A stretch of DNA of 64,000 bases from a virus (taxonomy: Duplodnaviria; Caudoviricetes), in IMG/VR virus record IMGVR_UViG_3300037067_011169, positions 1 to 64,000 of that record, one strand, 5' to 3'. The position numbers and the translations under genes were made by a program. Below, one piece after another: positions 52,833-61,602 of the stretch. The notes under the pieces were generated by a model that saw only the letters and a program-made list of their open reading frames with translations, did not search any database and was not told where the DNA came from. Position 1 is the stretch's first letter. Each line of letters opens with the position of its first letter.

Positions 52833-55436
52833 CTAGACTAAATCCTGAAGGAACGCTGTACCAGCCCCGTATTTCAGTGTCTCGGCGTCATACTCAAAAT
52901 CGAAGGCAGCGTCATTCGTGCCATCACTCAAGATCGCATCCGTAGACATCTGGAGCTTCGCATTCTTTATCTGCTTGAAGAATGTTGCCAACGTCGCTTC
53001 CTCACCAGTTGTAGAGTCCTTGATGACCGTGTTCCTGATATCAATGACGCTCATTGCCGGAACTGTAGCTGTCCCAGGCTCATACGGATGTTTCTGGTAG
53101 GCAGGAGTCTGGTTAGTCGGCTTCGTATTATCGAAAGTATTCTTGTCGGCTAACTTGGGCAGGGGCGGAGCCGTGTCCCCAGCATCAGACGGATGAGGAT
53201 CACCGTAGTCCTGGTGGCTACGATATCCGGGAAGGATTTCCGTTATGGTTCCCGAAGCCAAGTCACCATCAGCATCAGAACCAACACCATCGCCACCAGC
53301 GTTTCCTGCCGCTTCCTCTTGGACTGTTGGAAATAGGAGGCTCTGAGACACGTCTGCCGGCCAAGCAAAGTTGTAAGGCACCATTGTGCCAGCTTTGATC
53401 GGAGTCCATATCTCAAACTGAATCTCATGACTCTCCGAATCATAGTTCGCCTGTTCGATAATGCCTGTGCAAGCGGCCGTCGAAACGTAGGTCTCGGTAA
53501 AATCAAGCGTCACCGGATCAAGAGTTTCCAGTTGGAGCTTGTGGAGGAAGGTCTTGAATCGCATCTTCTTCCAGGTATTCGCCATTCGGATGAGCCAAAA
53601 AGTAGCACTCTTGATGACCAAATCCTGAGAATTATAGATGTAGTATTCCTCGGTTTCTTCCTGTGTGCCATACTTGTTGACGTTGTGTTTCAGGATGACT
53701 TTATTTGGCTCATCAGCCGCATAACTCTCCCTCCACTCGGCCACGAGTTTCGTAACCAGGTCCTCAGTATCCGTGTGGAACACCTCCATGGACTTAGGAA
53801 CGATGTCCGTTTGGCTGATCGTGAGCGTAGGCGTTGGCTCTTCGGGAAGATACCGAAGAAAGAACGTATCCCCGTTGAGCCAAATGGCACAACGAGACTG
53901 ATGGGCGATCTCTTCGAGGACCTCAACGATGTTTCGGCGATCCATGATGGCAAAATTGGCAGGATAGTCCGTCAGATGAGCCTTGACATGGGCAAAACTT
54001 GTGTTGTCAGTGGCCATCTCAGGCAAATAGAGTCCAATGAGATACTCCAGGATATCAACGACATTTGGACCAATCTCGGACTCAAACGTGACGTAAAGAT
54101 CATCATCCCACCCCTCATCCTCATAGCTCGAAAGAGGCTTGTCCAATCTGAGCATGACCGCTTCGATGCTGCCGTATGTCTCAGTCCGAATCGTGTAGTA
54201 GTCCGCCGGCACCGTCATCAGTTGTTTGATGCCCTCAAAAGCACGTTTCGCTTTGACATTCAAGACGGTTCCAGGCACCATTGAAACAACGTGATCCACG
54301 GGCTCATCCTCAGCGAGGCGAACCTGCGTGCCGGCCCCTGCCGTGAAGAAACTAGCGCTATCTCCAGTCACCTCTTCCCTATATCCATACAGTTCCCGTG
54401 GTCCCTCCGTTGGGTATCGAATAGCAATGACCAAGTCGATATGTGGCGTGTTGGTCATGCCATAGTCAGGATGCTGCCGGGAGACAATGTGAAAGCTAGT
54501 TATCTCTTCGTCTTCTTCATTCTCGCTAGTCTCAAAGTAGCCAGTAAATAGGCCACCATCAATGTTAAGCGTCAGTTCTGTATCTTGCGGGAATTTCTCC
54601 CCACCCACAACAATGACCGTAGGCAACTCCTGAGCAAGTTGATCGTCCAACTCGGCTTGAAGCTCAATGGACTCCAGCATCAACTCGCCTGTCCGCTGCC
54701 CTGCTTCTGCCTCACGCTGATAGTAATCAGTGGCCGCATTGGTATCACCGTTCTCTTCTGCATACTCAGCCAAGTCTCGGAAGATGTTGGAAATGATGAG
54801 AGAGTATAGACGCTGGACCGCAAGAACATCCAGTTGCATCTCGATAGTAAAATCGTGGATGGAGACAGCGCTGGTCGTAATGCCCGTTAAGGGATCAGCG
54901 AAAGAAACAGCCGGCACATCGAGAGCCGTTCCGAAGATCATTGGCCAAGGCGTTCCGACGAGTTTCTCGGGAATCGTATCGAACGCGCCTTCCTCTGCCG
55001 AGAAACCGATTTCTCGGTCTTCCAATTTCGAGACGATCGTGAAGGATACAGTTCGATCGCCCTCATTCCAGGTAATCGGACTGGAGATCAGCCCCTGGAA
55101 CACGAGGAACTTCTCCGTCAAGGCGAGCCCGTCAAACCACTGGTAAACCCGACAAGGCCGCTTATGGATATCATGAGTGTCCAGAATCGCCTTGATCGAC
55201 CCATCAGTGTCATCGAGCACCACATCGAGACTTTGACTCTGGCCGCTCCCAGAGACATTGATAACGTCGTCCAACTCGCCGATACTCTGAATCTTGCCGG
55301 CGATTCCGGTGATGGTCCTATCCGCATAGGGCGCATAACTTCCGCCGGAAACCCACTGAATCTCTATGATGTTGATGGGTTCCGTTGCTAGACGGGTTGC
55401 CAACTTGGCCAATGAAGCGGCTGAAATGGTTCTCAC
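52833..55436 (-). CDS. tail tip / hub protein
   Basis: 867 aa in tail module, beta-rich hub-like segments. Confidence 0.65.
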   Translation of the reverse strand: MRTISAASLAKLATRLATEPINIIEIQWVSGGSYAPYADRTITGIAGKIQSIGELDDVINVSGSGQSQSLDVVLDDTDGSIKAILDTHDIHKRPCRVYQWFDGLALTEKFLVFQGLISSPITWNEGDRTVSFTIVSKLEDREIGFSAEEGAFDTIPEKLVGTPWPMIFGTALDVPAVSFADPLTGITTSAVSIHDFTIEMQLDVLAVQRLYSLIISNIFRDLAEYAEENGDTNAATDYYQREAEAGQRTGELMLESIELQAELDDQLAQELPTVIVVGGEKFPQDTELTLNIDGGLFTGYFETSENEEDEEITSFHIVSRQHPDYGMTNTPHIDLVIAIRYPTEGPRELYGYREEVTGDSASFFTAGAGTQVRLAEDEPVDHVVSMVPGTVLNVKAKRAFEGIKQLMTVPADYYTIRTETYGSIEAVMLRLDKPLSSYEDEGWDDDLYVTFESEIGPNVVDILEYLIGLYLPEMATDNTSFAHVKAHLTDYPANFAIMDRRNIVEVLEEIAHQSRCAIWLNGDTFFLRYLPEEPTPTLTISQTDIVPKSMEVFHTDTEDLVTKLVAEWRESYAADEPNKVILKHNVNKYGTQEETEEYYIYNSQDLVIKSATFWLIRMANTWKKMRFKTFLHKLQLETLDPVTLDFTETYVSTAACTGIIEQANYDSESHEIQFEIWTPIKAGTMVPYNFAWPADVSQSLLFPTVQEEAAGNAGGDGVGSDADGDLASGTITEILPGYRSHQDYGDPHPSDAGDTAPPLPKLADKNTFDNTKPTNQTPAYQKHPYEPGTATVPAMSVIDIRNTVIKDSTTGEEATLATFFKQIKNAKLQMSTDAILSDGTNDAAFDFEYDAETLKYGAGTAFLQDLV

Positions 55437-55831
55437 AGTTGCTCGACTCCCTCAAACTCGATAGTAATCGAATAATCTTCACCCCGAGGCATTGGGTCGA
55501 TGGCTGGTGCCGCTCGACGATCGCCCTTGAATTCAAACGGGTTGCTAACGAAGTGACCGACCCAGATGCGACCCGTGTGATCCGTCACCTGAATCTGTGA
55601 AGCGAAATAGGACTGAATGAAGGCTCTCATTTCAAGCGCCTTGTTCCTGGTCAACGTGAACGTCCAGGAAAGCGCATGACGGCCCTTACGCTTGATGTAA
55701 GTGTAAAGCGTTCCGTCCATTGCCCGTTTGATGGATAGATCAACAGCCAAACTCTCACTATCACCGAAATCAGGATTCGGGAACAGCGAGGTGGTTTGAA
55801 GAGCAGGATAGGGAGCCTGAAACGTGAACAT
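55433..55831 (-). CDS. distal tail (Dit)-like protein
   Basis: RAMDGTLYTY...DHTGRIWVG...IEFEG pattern; precedes hub. Confidence 0.55.
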   Translation of the reverse strand: MFTFQAPYPALQTTSLFPNPDFGDSESLAVDLSIKRAMDGTLYTYIKRKGRHALSWTFTLTRNKALEMRAFIQSYFASQIQVTDHTGRIWVGHFVSNPFEFKGDRRAAPAIDPMPRGEDYSITIEFEGVEQL

Positions 55832-55867
55832 AACTAACCTATTTGAGGTTGCCACCACCAAGTAGCA

Positions 55868-57247
55868 TTACGGCGTAGAACGAAGAATCTTCCCGGTATC
55901 AGCAGTGCCGACCACTGCTACCCCATTGCTGAGATAAGCCATGGAAAAAATATAGGTTTGACTAGCTTGCTGACCTAAATCAGACCAAGTAAGCCCATAG
56001 TCCACCGAACGAAAAATCTTGCCTGTGGGTCGTGTGCCGGCAAGGACCACACCATTCCCCATATACGTAAGACTATAAATGTGCGTTTCACTGGCTTGCT
56101 GTCCAAGATCAGACCACGTCACCCCGTAGTCAACAGAGCGAAGGATTTTACCACCGCTCGCTGTCCCAGCAAGCGCAATGCCATTACCTAGATACACAAG
56201 ACTCGGGATCGTGCCTTGGCTGAATTGTTGCCCAAGGTCGGACCAATTCGCTCCATAATTGGTGGAACGGAGAATCTTGCCATCGGGATACGTTCCAGCG
56301 AGCGCGACTCCATTGCCTAAGTAAGCCAAACTGAAGATGTATGTCTGACTAAACTGCGTCCCCAGATCGGTCCATGAAGAGCCGCTATTTGTTGATCGAA
56401 GAATCTTGCCGCTTGTTGCAGTGCCTGCAAGAGCAATACCATTCCCAAGATTCGCAAGACTAAGGATATAGGTTTCGCTGGCCTGCTGCCCCAAGTCAGA
56501 CCAGGAAGCCCCGCTGTTCGTTGAGCGGAGGATTTTTCCGCCCGTTGCAGTCCCCGCGATCGCTATTCCACTACCGAGATAGGCCAGGCTGTACATGTGA
56601 GTCTGACTGGCCTGTTGCCCCAGATCGGTCCATGTGGCCCCATAATTCGTCGATCTTAAAATTCTTCCGCCCGTCGCTGTTCCGGCGAGTGCAATTCCAC
56701 TGTCAACATAAGCCAAAGAGAGGATGGAAGTCTGTGTTCCTTGCTGGCCCAGATCGGCAAACACCCGCCCGGCATCCTCCATGACTCCCATGCGATAGGC
56801 TGCATAGTCGTGAGTCAGACACTCCGAATCGACGTTGCCGATTAGTGATGAATCTGGTGTCAATTCAAAATTCGTGCCATCAAAAGTGAGACAATCCGTC
56901 CCAGCCAACTCTCCGTCAGAATTGACAAAGACCATGTACGTCGATGTGAGGTCAACCCCCATCGGCATCCATGCTGGATCATCACCACCAAATGGATCAT
57001 CCATGATTCGCAAGGCATACCCTGGCAAATCCACACCAGCTTCAATATCAGGCACTGTGCTCACTGGCCCCCAGCTAGGTTCACCGGTTGTGGTGTTCCA
57101 TTTTAGGACGGGAGTGCCCGTACCGGCTGGGATTGGCGGCACATAGTCCAAGTTTGGAAGCGCATACTCTCCCACCAACAGACTATCGTCTGCCTGCAAT
57201 TGTTCAATCTTGCCGTTCGCCATGACGAGGGGAAGACGATTCGCCAT
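55868..57247 (-). CDS. tail fibre / receptor-binding protein with Asp-box beta-propeller
   Basis: six complete ILRSxxxGxxWxDLGQQ repeats of ~43 aa plus a split seventh. Confidence 0.8.
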   Translation of the reverse strand: MANRLPLVMANGKIEQLQADDSLLVGEYALPNLDYVPPIPAGTGTPVLKWNTTTGEPSWGPVSTVPDIEAGVDLPGYALRIMDDPFGGDDPAWMPMGVDLTSTYMVFVNSDGELAGTDCLTFDGTNFELTPDSSLIGNVDSECLTHDYAAYRMGVMEDAGRVFADLGQQGTQTSILSLAYVDSGIALAGTATGGRILRSTNYGATWTDLGQQASQTHMYSLAYLGSGIAIAGTATGGKILRSTNSGASWSDLGQQASETYILSLANLGNGIALAGTATSGKILRSTNSGSSWTDLGTQFSQTYIFSLAYLGNGVALAGTYPDGKILRSTNYGANWSDLGQQFSQGTIPSLVYLGNGIALAGTASGGKILRSVDYGVTWSDLGQQASETHIYSLTYMGNGVVLAGTRPTGKIFRSVDYGLTWSDLGQQASQTYIFSMAYLSNGVAVVGTADTGKILRSTP

Positions 57248-57264
57248 TGTAAGCCCTTAGAACG

Positions 57265-57747
57265 TCAGAGGAGAATGGGGATGGAAACAGTAATATCAAA
57301 ATCCGTCGTACTAAGAGCCAAACCGACTCGAACCACATAGTCAGCGGCAGTAGTCGGGGCCGTGGATGTCAAATGTCCAGCAGCATCAGGATCAAGGTAG
57401 TAAACGCTTCCGGCCGTCAATCCGCCTGTACCGCCAGTAACAGCATCCCACTGGACCGTGGTGGCTGTCAGAATGCCGTCCGTCTGAATCGTGCCAGAAG
57501 CAGCAGCAGCAATAGAGGTAGACTTCACGAGGCCCAGAAGTTCAACGGTGGACGACGCATTTGCTTGCGCCAGATCAACGCTGCCAGCAGCCTCCACATA
57601 GACGGCTTGACCAATGGTAATGCTACTGGCATTTCCGTTCGTCATACTAATACTGTCAATTTCACTGACAGTCGCATCCAAACTGTCACCAGCCTGCAAC
57701 TGTTGAATTTGACCACTAACAATAACAAGAGGTTTGCGCAAAGCCAT
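57265..57747 (-). CDS. tail accessory structural protein
   Basis: Ala/Thr/Gly-rich; shares N-terminus with the 55868 gene and C-terminus with the 57760 gene. Confidence 0.65.
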   Translation of the reverse strand: MALRKPLVIVSGQIQQLQAGDSLDATVSEIDSISMTNGNASSITIGQAVYVEAAGSVDLAQANASSTVELLGLVKSTSIAAAASGTIQTDGILTATTVQWDAVTGGTGGLTAGSVYYLDPDAAGHLTSTAPTTAADYVVRVGLALSTTDFDITVSIPILL

Positions 57748-57759
57748 TTGTGTTTCTCC

Positions 57760-60378
57760 TTACAAGAGAATTGGTAACTCGATTTCAATGTCCAGCGTGG
57801 TGGACGTAGTTGCCCGGCCCACTCGCACAACGTAATTTCCCACCGCAGTAGGTGAGGTAGAGGTGATCCGTCCAGCCGTGGAAAGATCAAGATAGTAGGT
57901 AGCCCCAATAGTCAAAGTTGCCGTACCAGCAATCAGCGTCCAGTTCGTTTGGGTGATCTCACCCTCCGTGAGATAGTGACAACTGGACCCGGCAGCCACA
58001 GCGTTTTGGGCAATGCCCGCAACCTGAGTAGTCGCTGCTGCATCAGCCTTTGCCAGAGCCACATGACCAGTGACCTTGAGGTAGACTGGTTGGCCCACAA
58101 GGATCGTTTCGTCCGCCTCAGCCGAATAGTAATCCTCGTCTTCCGTTGGCACTTCAGGCTCACCTGGTTCATAGTAATTCTGAGGTGCAGTAGAGCGAAT
58201 GGCCGAGACGCGAAGCGTTGGAGGAACCACTTGAGGATTCCACGTCGGATCAAGTTCACCTTCAAAATTGAAACTAGCCGAAAACTGGTCAAATTGATCC
58301 TCGATGATCGGTTCATCAGGAGTGGAAATAATGCCCTTCCAATAGCGTTGCTCCCAGTCGATCATGCCAACCTCCTCACCGAGGTGGTCATCCATGAATT
58401 CCAAAAGCGCAATTGCCTCCACTCTGTAGAGGCCAGAAAAATCCAGGACCAATGTCTGAACCTTGGGCCACATCGGATCGGCATAGGTCGTAAGCGTTCC
58501 GCCACGACTCTCCCGCTGGATGCGATCAAAACTCAATTGATCTCGATTGCCCAAGTTGGGAGCCCGAAGGCTTACCGCATCCGTCACGATCCCAACAGCC
58601 GGGTAGACAAGCTGGAAAGGCACCAGGATGCCATCCATAGGCCCCTGTAACGTCGCAGACGGCGGCGTGGGTGCATCTGGATCATCATTAGCCCCGACCA
58701 TAGGAGCGTACTGACACAGTTGCACGCCCGTCGATTTGATGAGAACGTAACTCGCTGCCTGACTCAAGGCCAACGTGGATTCGCACGTCCGGCCCCGAAC
58801 AACCTCCACCGTGGCAGACTGTGTCAGTGCCAATTCGCTATCTGCCGGCTTACACGCATCGACCGTCACCGATTGCGTCAGGGTTAATGTACTGACAGCA
58901 TCCGCCAACTCAGTAATGTAGGCGTACTGAGTAAGCGATAGCGTGTTCTCGGCGGAAGCGGAAATACCATCCACGGCCACACGGGACCAACCCGTAGACT
59001 GGGACGGCAACAGATTCGACTCCACGCCGATATTCAAAACCGTGTTGACGCCTGCGGAGTCACTGAGTCCAGTGATTACCTCCACCAGATCGACGGTCCC
59101 CGGCAAAAACTCCCACCGTATCTCTTGAAGGTTGTTCTCGGCTTCCAGGCTGAGAACAGTATTGATTCCGGCTGCGTCGGTGAGAACAAGCGTATTCGAG
59201 GCGCTCAGATTATAGACGTGCTGAACCCCAACATCTTGAGACAACGCCAGAGTGCTGTCCCCTGATCGGGAAAAGACAGCGCTCATCTCCGCCGACTGAC
59301 TCAACGACAGTGTGCTGCCCTCAGAAACCTCTATCTCTTCTGTCGTCCATCCATCTGCTTCATCCGTCAACGCCAGATCGTTTGAACCGGCCAACGTAAG
59401 GATGATCGTAGGAGTGGCCGATTGAGTCAGAGACAGGGTACTCTCAGCGCCTCTCCCTAGCGAGTATCCTATTCCTACCGAATCCGTCAACGACAGATCG
59501 CTAGACCCATAGAGATAGGTGGCCGTGTCCGGGAAGAACACTGGCCTGTCTGTTCGTCGCAAGAATGGCTTGTAGATTCCACCAGCGTCTGCACCACCCA
59601 GGCCCAACTCCAAGGATTGAGCTAATCCGATGTCCCTACCATAGATAAGAACAGGTCCGAAATCTGTCTCGGGCCGAGTATCATGGTGATAATAGAGACG
59701 ATAGTAATTGTCGGTATGATAGAAAACAGGCCCGCCATTCGGCAGTGTAGTCGGATACGTTTCGTATCCACGAGGTTCCGAGGGATAGCCACTGACATTT
59801 TCGTTCGGATAGAAGATATCAACGGTCTTCGTATTGATTCCGTCGTACCGACACGCCATCGTGTACCAGCGATTCGACTCAAGGGTCGCTGGGCCACCTA
59901 TGACTCCAGTATCATCGCCGCCGGTCGTAACCAGATAGAAGACTGGTGTCACCGCTGCATAGTAGTTCTTATTCCAGCCAATGCTCCACCCACCTTCTGG
60001 TGAAGTCGAATAATACCGTGCTGAACGGAAATTACGAGTGTTGACCGACCCGCCCTCGTTGAGCGTATGAAAGACGGTGACAACGGACAATGCCGGATAC
60101 GGAAGTGGGTGACCAATCGTGGTCATACCCACCGAGCGGACGTACAACTGATTGCTCTGATTGGGGTGAGTGATCCCAATACGAGGATCAAAGCCCCAAG
60201 CAGGCGACCAGGAGTAACAAACAGCCTTGAATCCAAGAGGACCTACATCCTGTAGGACTTGAGCATTGCGCAGCCCAATAGATGGCACCCACGCATTCAG
60301 GAGACCTTCCCAAAGGTGTGGATACGCGCTATCATATTGGCACAAAGCCCAATCGTAACCAGGACCAGGAAAAGCCAT
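57760..60378 (-). CDS. multidomain tail protein (LamG/ConA-like, Ser/Thr/Leu repeat stalk, Dit-like, accessory domain)
   Basis: LESNRWYTMACRYDG...PVLIYGRDI; repeated S-x-L-x-L-(S/T)-(Q/D); internal homology to neighbours. Confidence 0.7.
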   Translation of the reverse strand: MAFPGPGYDWALCQYDSAYPHLWEGLLNAWVPSIGLRNAQVLQDVGPLGFKAVCYSWSPAWGFDPRIGITHPNQSNQLYVRSVGMTTIGHPLPYPALSVVTVFHTLNEGGSVNTRNFRSARYYSTSPEGGWSIGWNKNYYAAVTPVFYLVTTGGDDTGVIGGPATLESNRWYTMACRYDGINTKTVDIFYPNENVSGYPSEPRGYETYPTTLPNGGPVFYHTDNYYRLYYHHDTRPETDFGPVLIYGRDIGLAQSLELGLGGADAGGIYKPFLRRTDRPVFFPDTATYLYGSSDLSLTDSVGIGYSLGRGAESTLSLTQSATPTIILTLAGSNDLALTDEADGWTTEEIEVSEGSTLSLSQSAEMSAVFSRSGDSTLALSQDVGVQHVYNLSASNTLVLTDAAGINTVLSLEAENNLQEIRWEFLPGTVDLVEVITGLSDSAGVNTVLNIGVESNLLPSQSTGWSRVAVDGISASAENTLSLTQYAYITELADAVSTLTLTQSVTVDACKPADSELALTQSATVEVVRGRTCESTLALSQAASYVLIKSTGVQLCQYAPMVGANDDPDAPTPPSATLQGPMDGILVPFQLVYPAVGIVTDAVSLRAPNLGNRDQLSFDRIQRESRGGTLTTYADPMWPKVQTLVLDFSGLYRVEAIALLEFMDDHLGEEVGMIDWEQRYWKGIISTPDEPIIEDQFDQFSASFNFEGELDPTWNPQVVPPTLRVSAIRSTAPQNYYEPGEPEVPTEDEDYYSAEADETILVGQPVYLKVTGHVALAKADAAATTQVAGIAQNAVAAGSSCHYLTEGEITQTNWTLIAGTATLTIGATYYLDLSTAGRITSTSPTAVGNYVVRVGRATTSTTLDIEIELPILL

Positions 60379-60890
60379 CAGCTTGCCGCTTGAATATCAT
60401 CAGGAATCGGTGTGAACGTACAAACGTGATCTCCGGCGGTGTTCGTCAGAGCCTTGGTCCCAGACCCATTCCAGCAAGCCAATGCCACATAACGTTCCGT
60501 GATGCAGACAATTCCACTTGCACAATAGGCGTGATCCGCTGCCTCCGCCACAACCCCTCCGATCGCCTTGCAATTCAGAAGCAGGGCATTCTCAGAAGTA
60601 AGGGTTGCATCTCCAAAGGTGAGATTTCCGTCAGTCACAGAAGCATCCGCCGAGGCAGATGAGGTAACTAGATACAACCTGAGCGTGTTGCCGAGGCCCG
60701 GGGTTGCCACCCATCGCGTCTTACAACGCCAAAGATACCTCGCCGGCAGAGAACCAGCCCCACGGTCCCAAACGTCGGACAATCGACCGTTGATGACTGC
60801 AATGTTCTGGGGAGTCCACACCACGTCGCCACCGCTCGCAGCGAACGTTATCGCTGTTCCTGGTGTGTAATAAACCTTATTTGTTGCCAT
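60378..60890 (-). CDS. structural protein
   Basis: beta-rich ORF in tail module. Confidence 0.6.
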   Translation of the reverse strand: MATNKVYYTPGTAITFAASGGDVVWTPQNIAVINGRLSDVWDRGAGSLPARYLWRCKTRWVATPGLGNTLRLYLVTSSASADASVTDGNLTFGDATLTSENALLLNCKAIGGVVAEAADHAYCASGIVCITERYVALACWNGSGTKALTNTAGDHVCTFTPIPDDIQAAS

Positions 60891-60901
60891 CGATTAGCTC
60901 C

Positions 60902-60941
60902 AAAAGAAAAGGCCGGACGGAGCCGAAACCCCGTCCAGCCT
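60902..60941 (-). terminator. intrinsic terminator
   Basis: GGCTGGACGG / CCGTCCGGCC stem then TTTTCTTTTG on the minus strand. Confidence 0.7.
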
Positions 60942-60955
60942 GTGGCGAGGGAGTA

Positions 60956-61558
60956 TTACGCATTCACCGTGTAGGTGAGCTTCAGTTGATCCCCGCTGTT
61001 TACCGGAACGTCGCCGCTCGTGAACAGGGCGGTCGCCCAAAGATAATTGCCAGACGCCGTATGGTCGCCCTTCGTTGCGGCATTCGTCCCGCCTACGACG
61101 AACAGACCCTTCACAGTACCCGTGGCGGTAAGATCGAACGTAGCAACAGTCGAGCTAGTGATCGATTGTGTTGCAGCCGCTGCTTCATCCCAGGTCGCCC
61201 GGATGGTAGCATTTCCGCCGACAGTGTAATCAGCGAACTCGTCCCACCCATTGCCAACCTGATCGATGTTGTCATAGGTATCAGTGTCCGCGAGGGCAGT
61301 GTAATCAGCATAGTCGATCATTCCGATGTACCATGTCCCAATGGCAGTCGTGCCATGGAACATGACGTTCAGAAGAAGGTCCTTGCCTTCGTCCACGATC
61401 CCATTCGGAAAGGAATAGGTCGCAAACAGTTTGCCATCTCGCCAGTGCTCAACATTGAAGCGGCCGGAAAGACCAAGTTCGCTGACCGTATCACGACTCC
61501 GAGCAACAGTTGCCTTGGCAGTGCTTCTCAAAGCCAGTTCAGAAATAACATTATCCAT
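60956..61558 (-). CDS. tail structural protein
   Basis: NGIVDEG...WYIGM...SGDQLKLTYTV; directly after tape measure. Confidence 0.6.
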   Translation of the reverse strand: MDNVISELALRSTAKATVARSRDTVSELGLSGRFNVEHWRDGKLFATYSFPNGIVDEGKDLLLNVMFHGTTAIGTWYIGMIDYADYTALADTDTYDNIDQVGNGWDEFADYTVGGNATIRATWDEAAAATQSITSSTVATFDLTATGTVKGLFVVGGTNAATKGDHTASGNYLWATALFTSGDVPVNSGDQLKLTYTVNA

Positions 61559-61602
61559 AGTATCTCCTGAAGAAATCTGCTGCCGGTTGACAGCCGAAAG
61601 AT

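Noticed and set aside
55868-57247. Diversity-generating retroelement target
   Set aside because: No reverse transcriptase or template repeat; repeat differences are not adenine-specific
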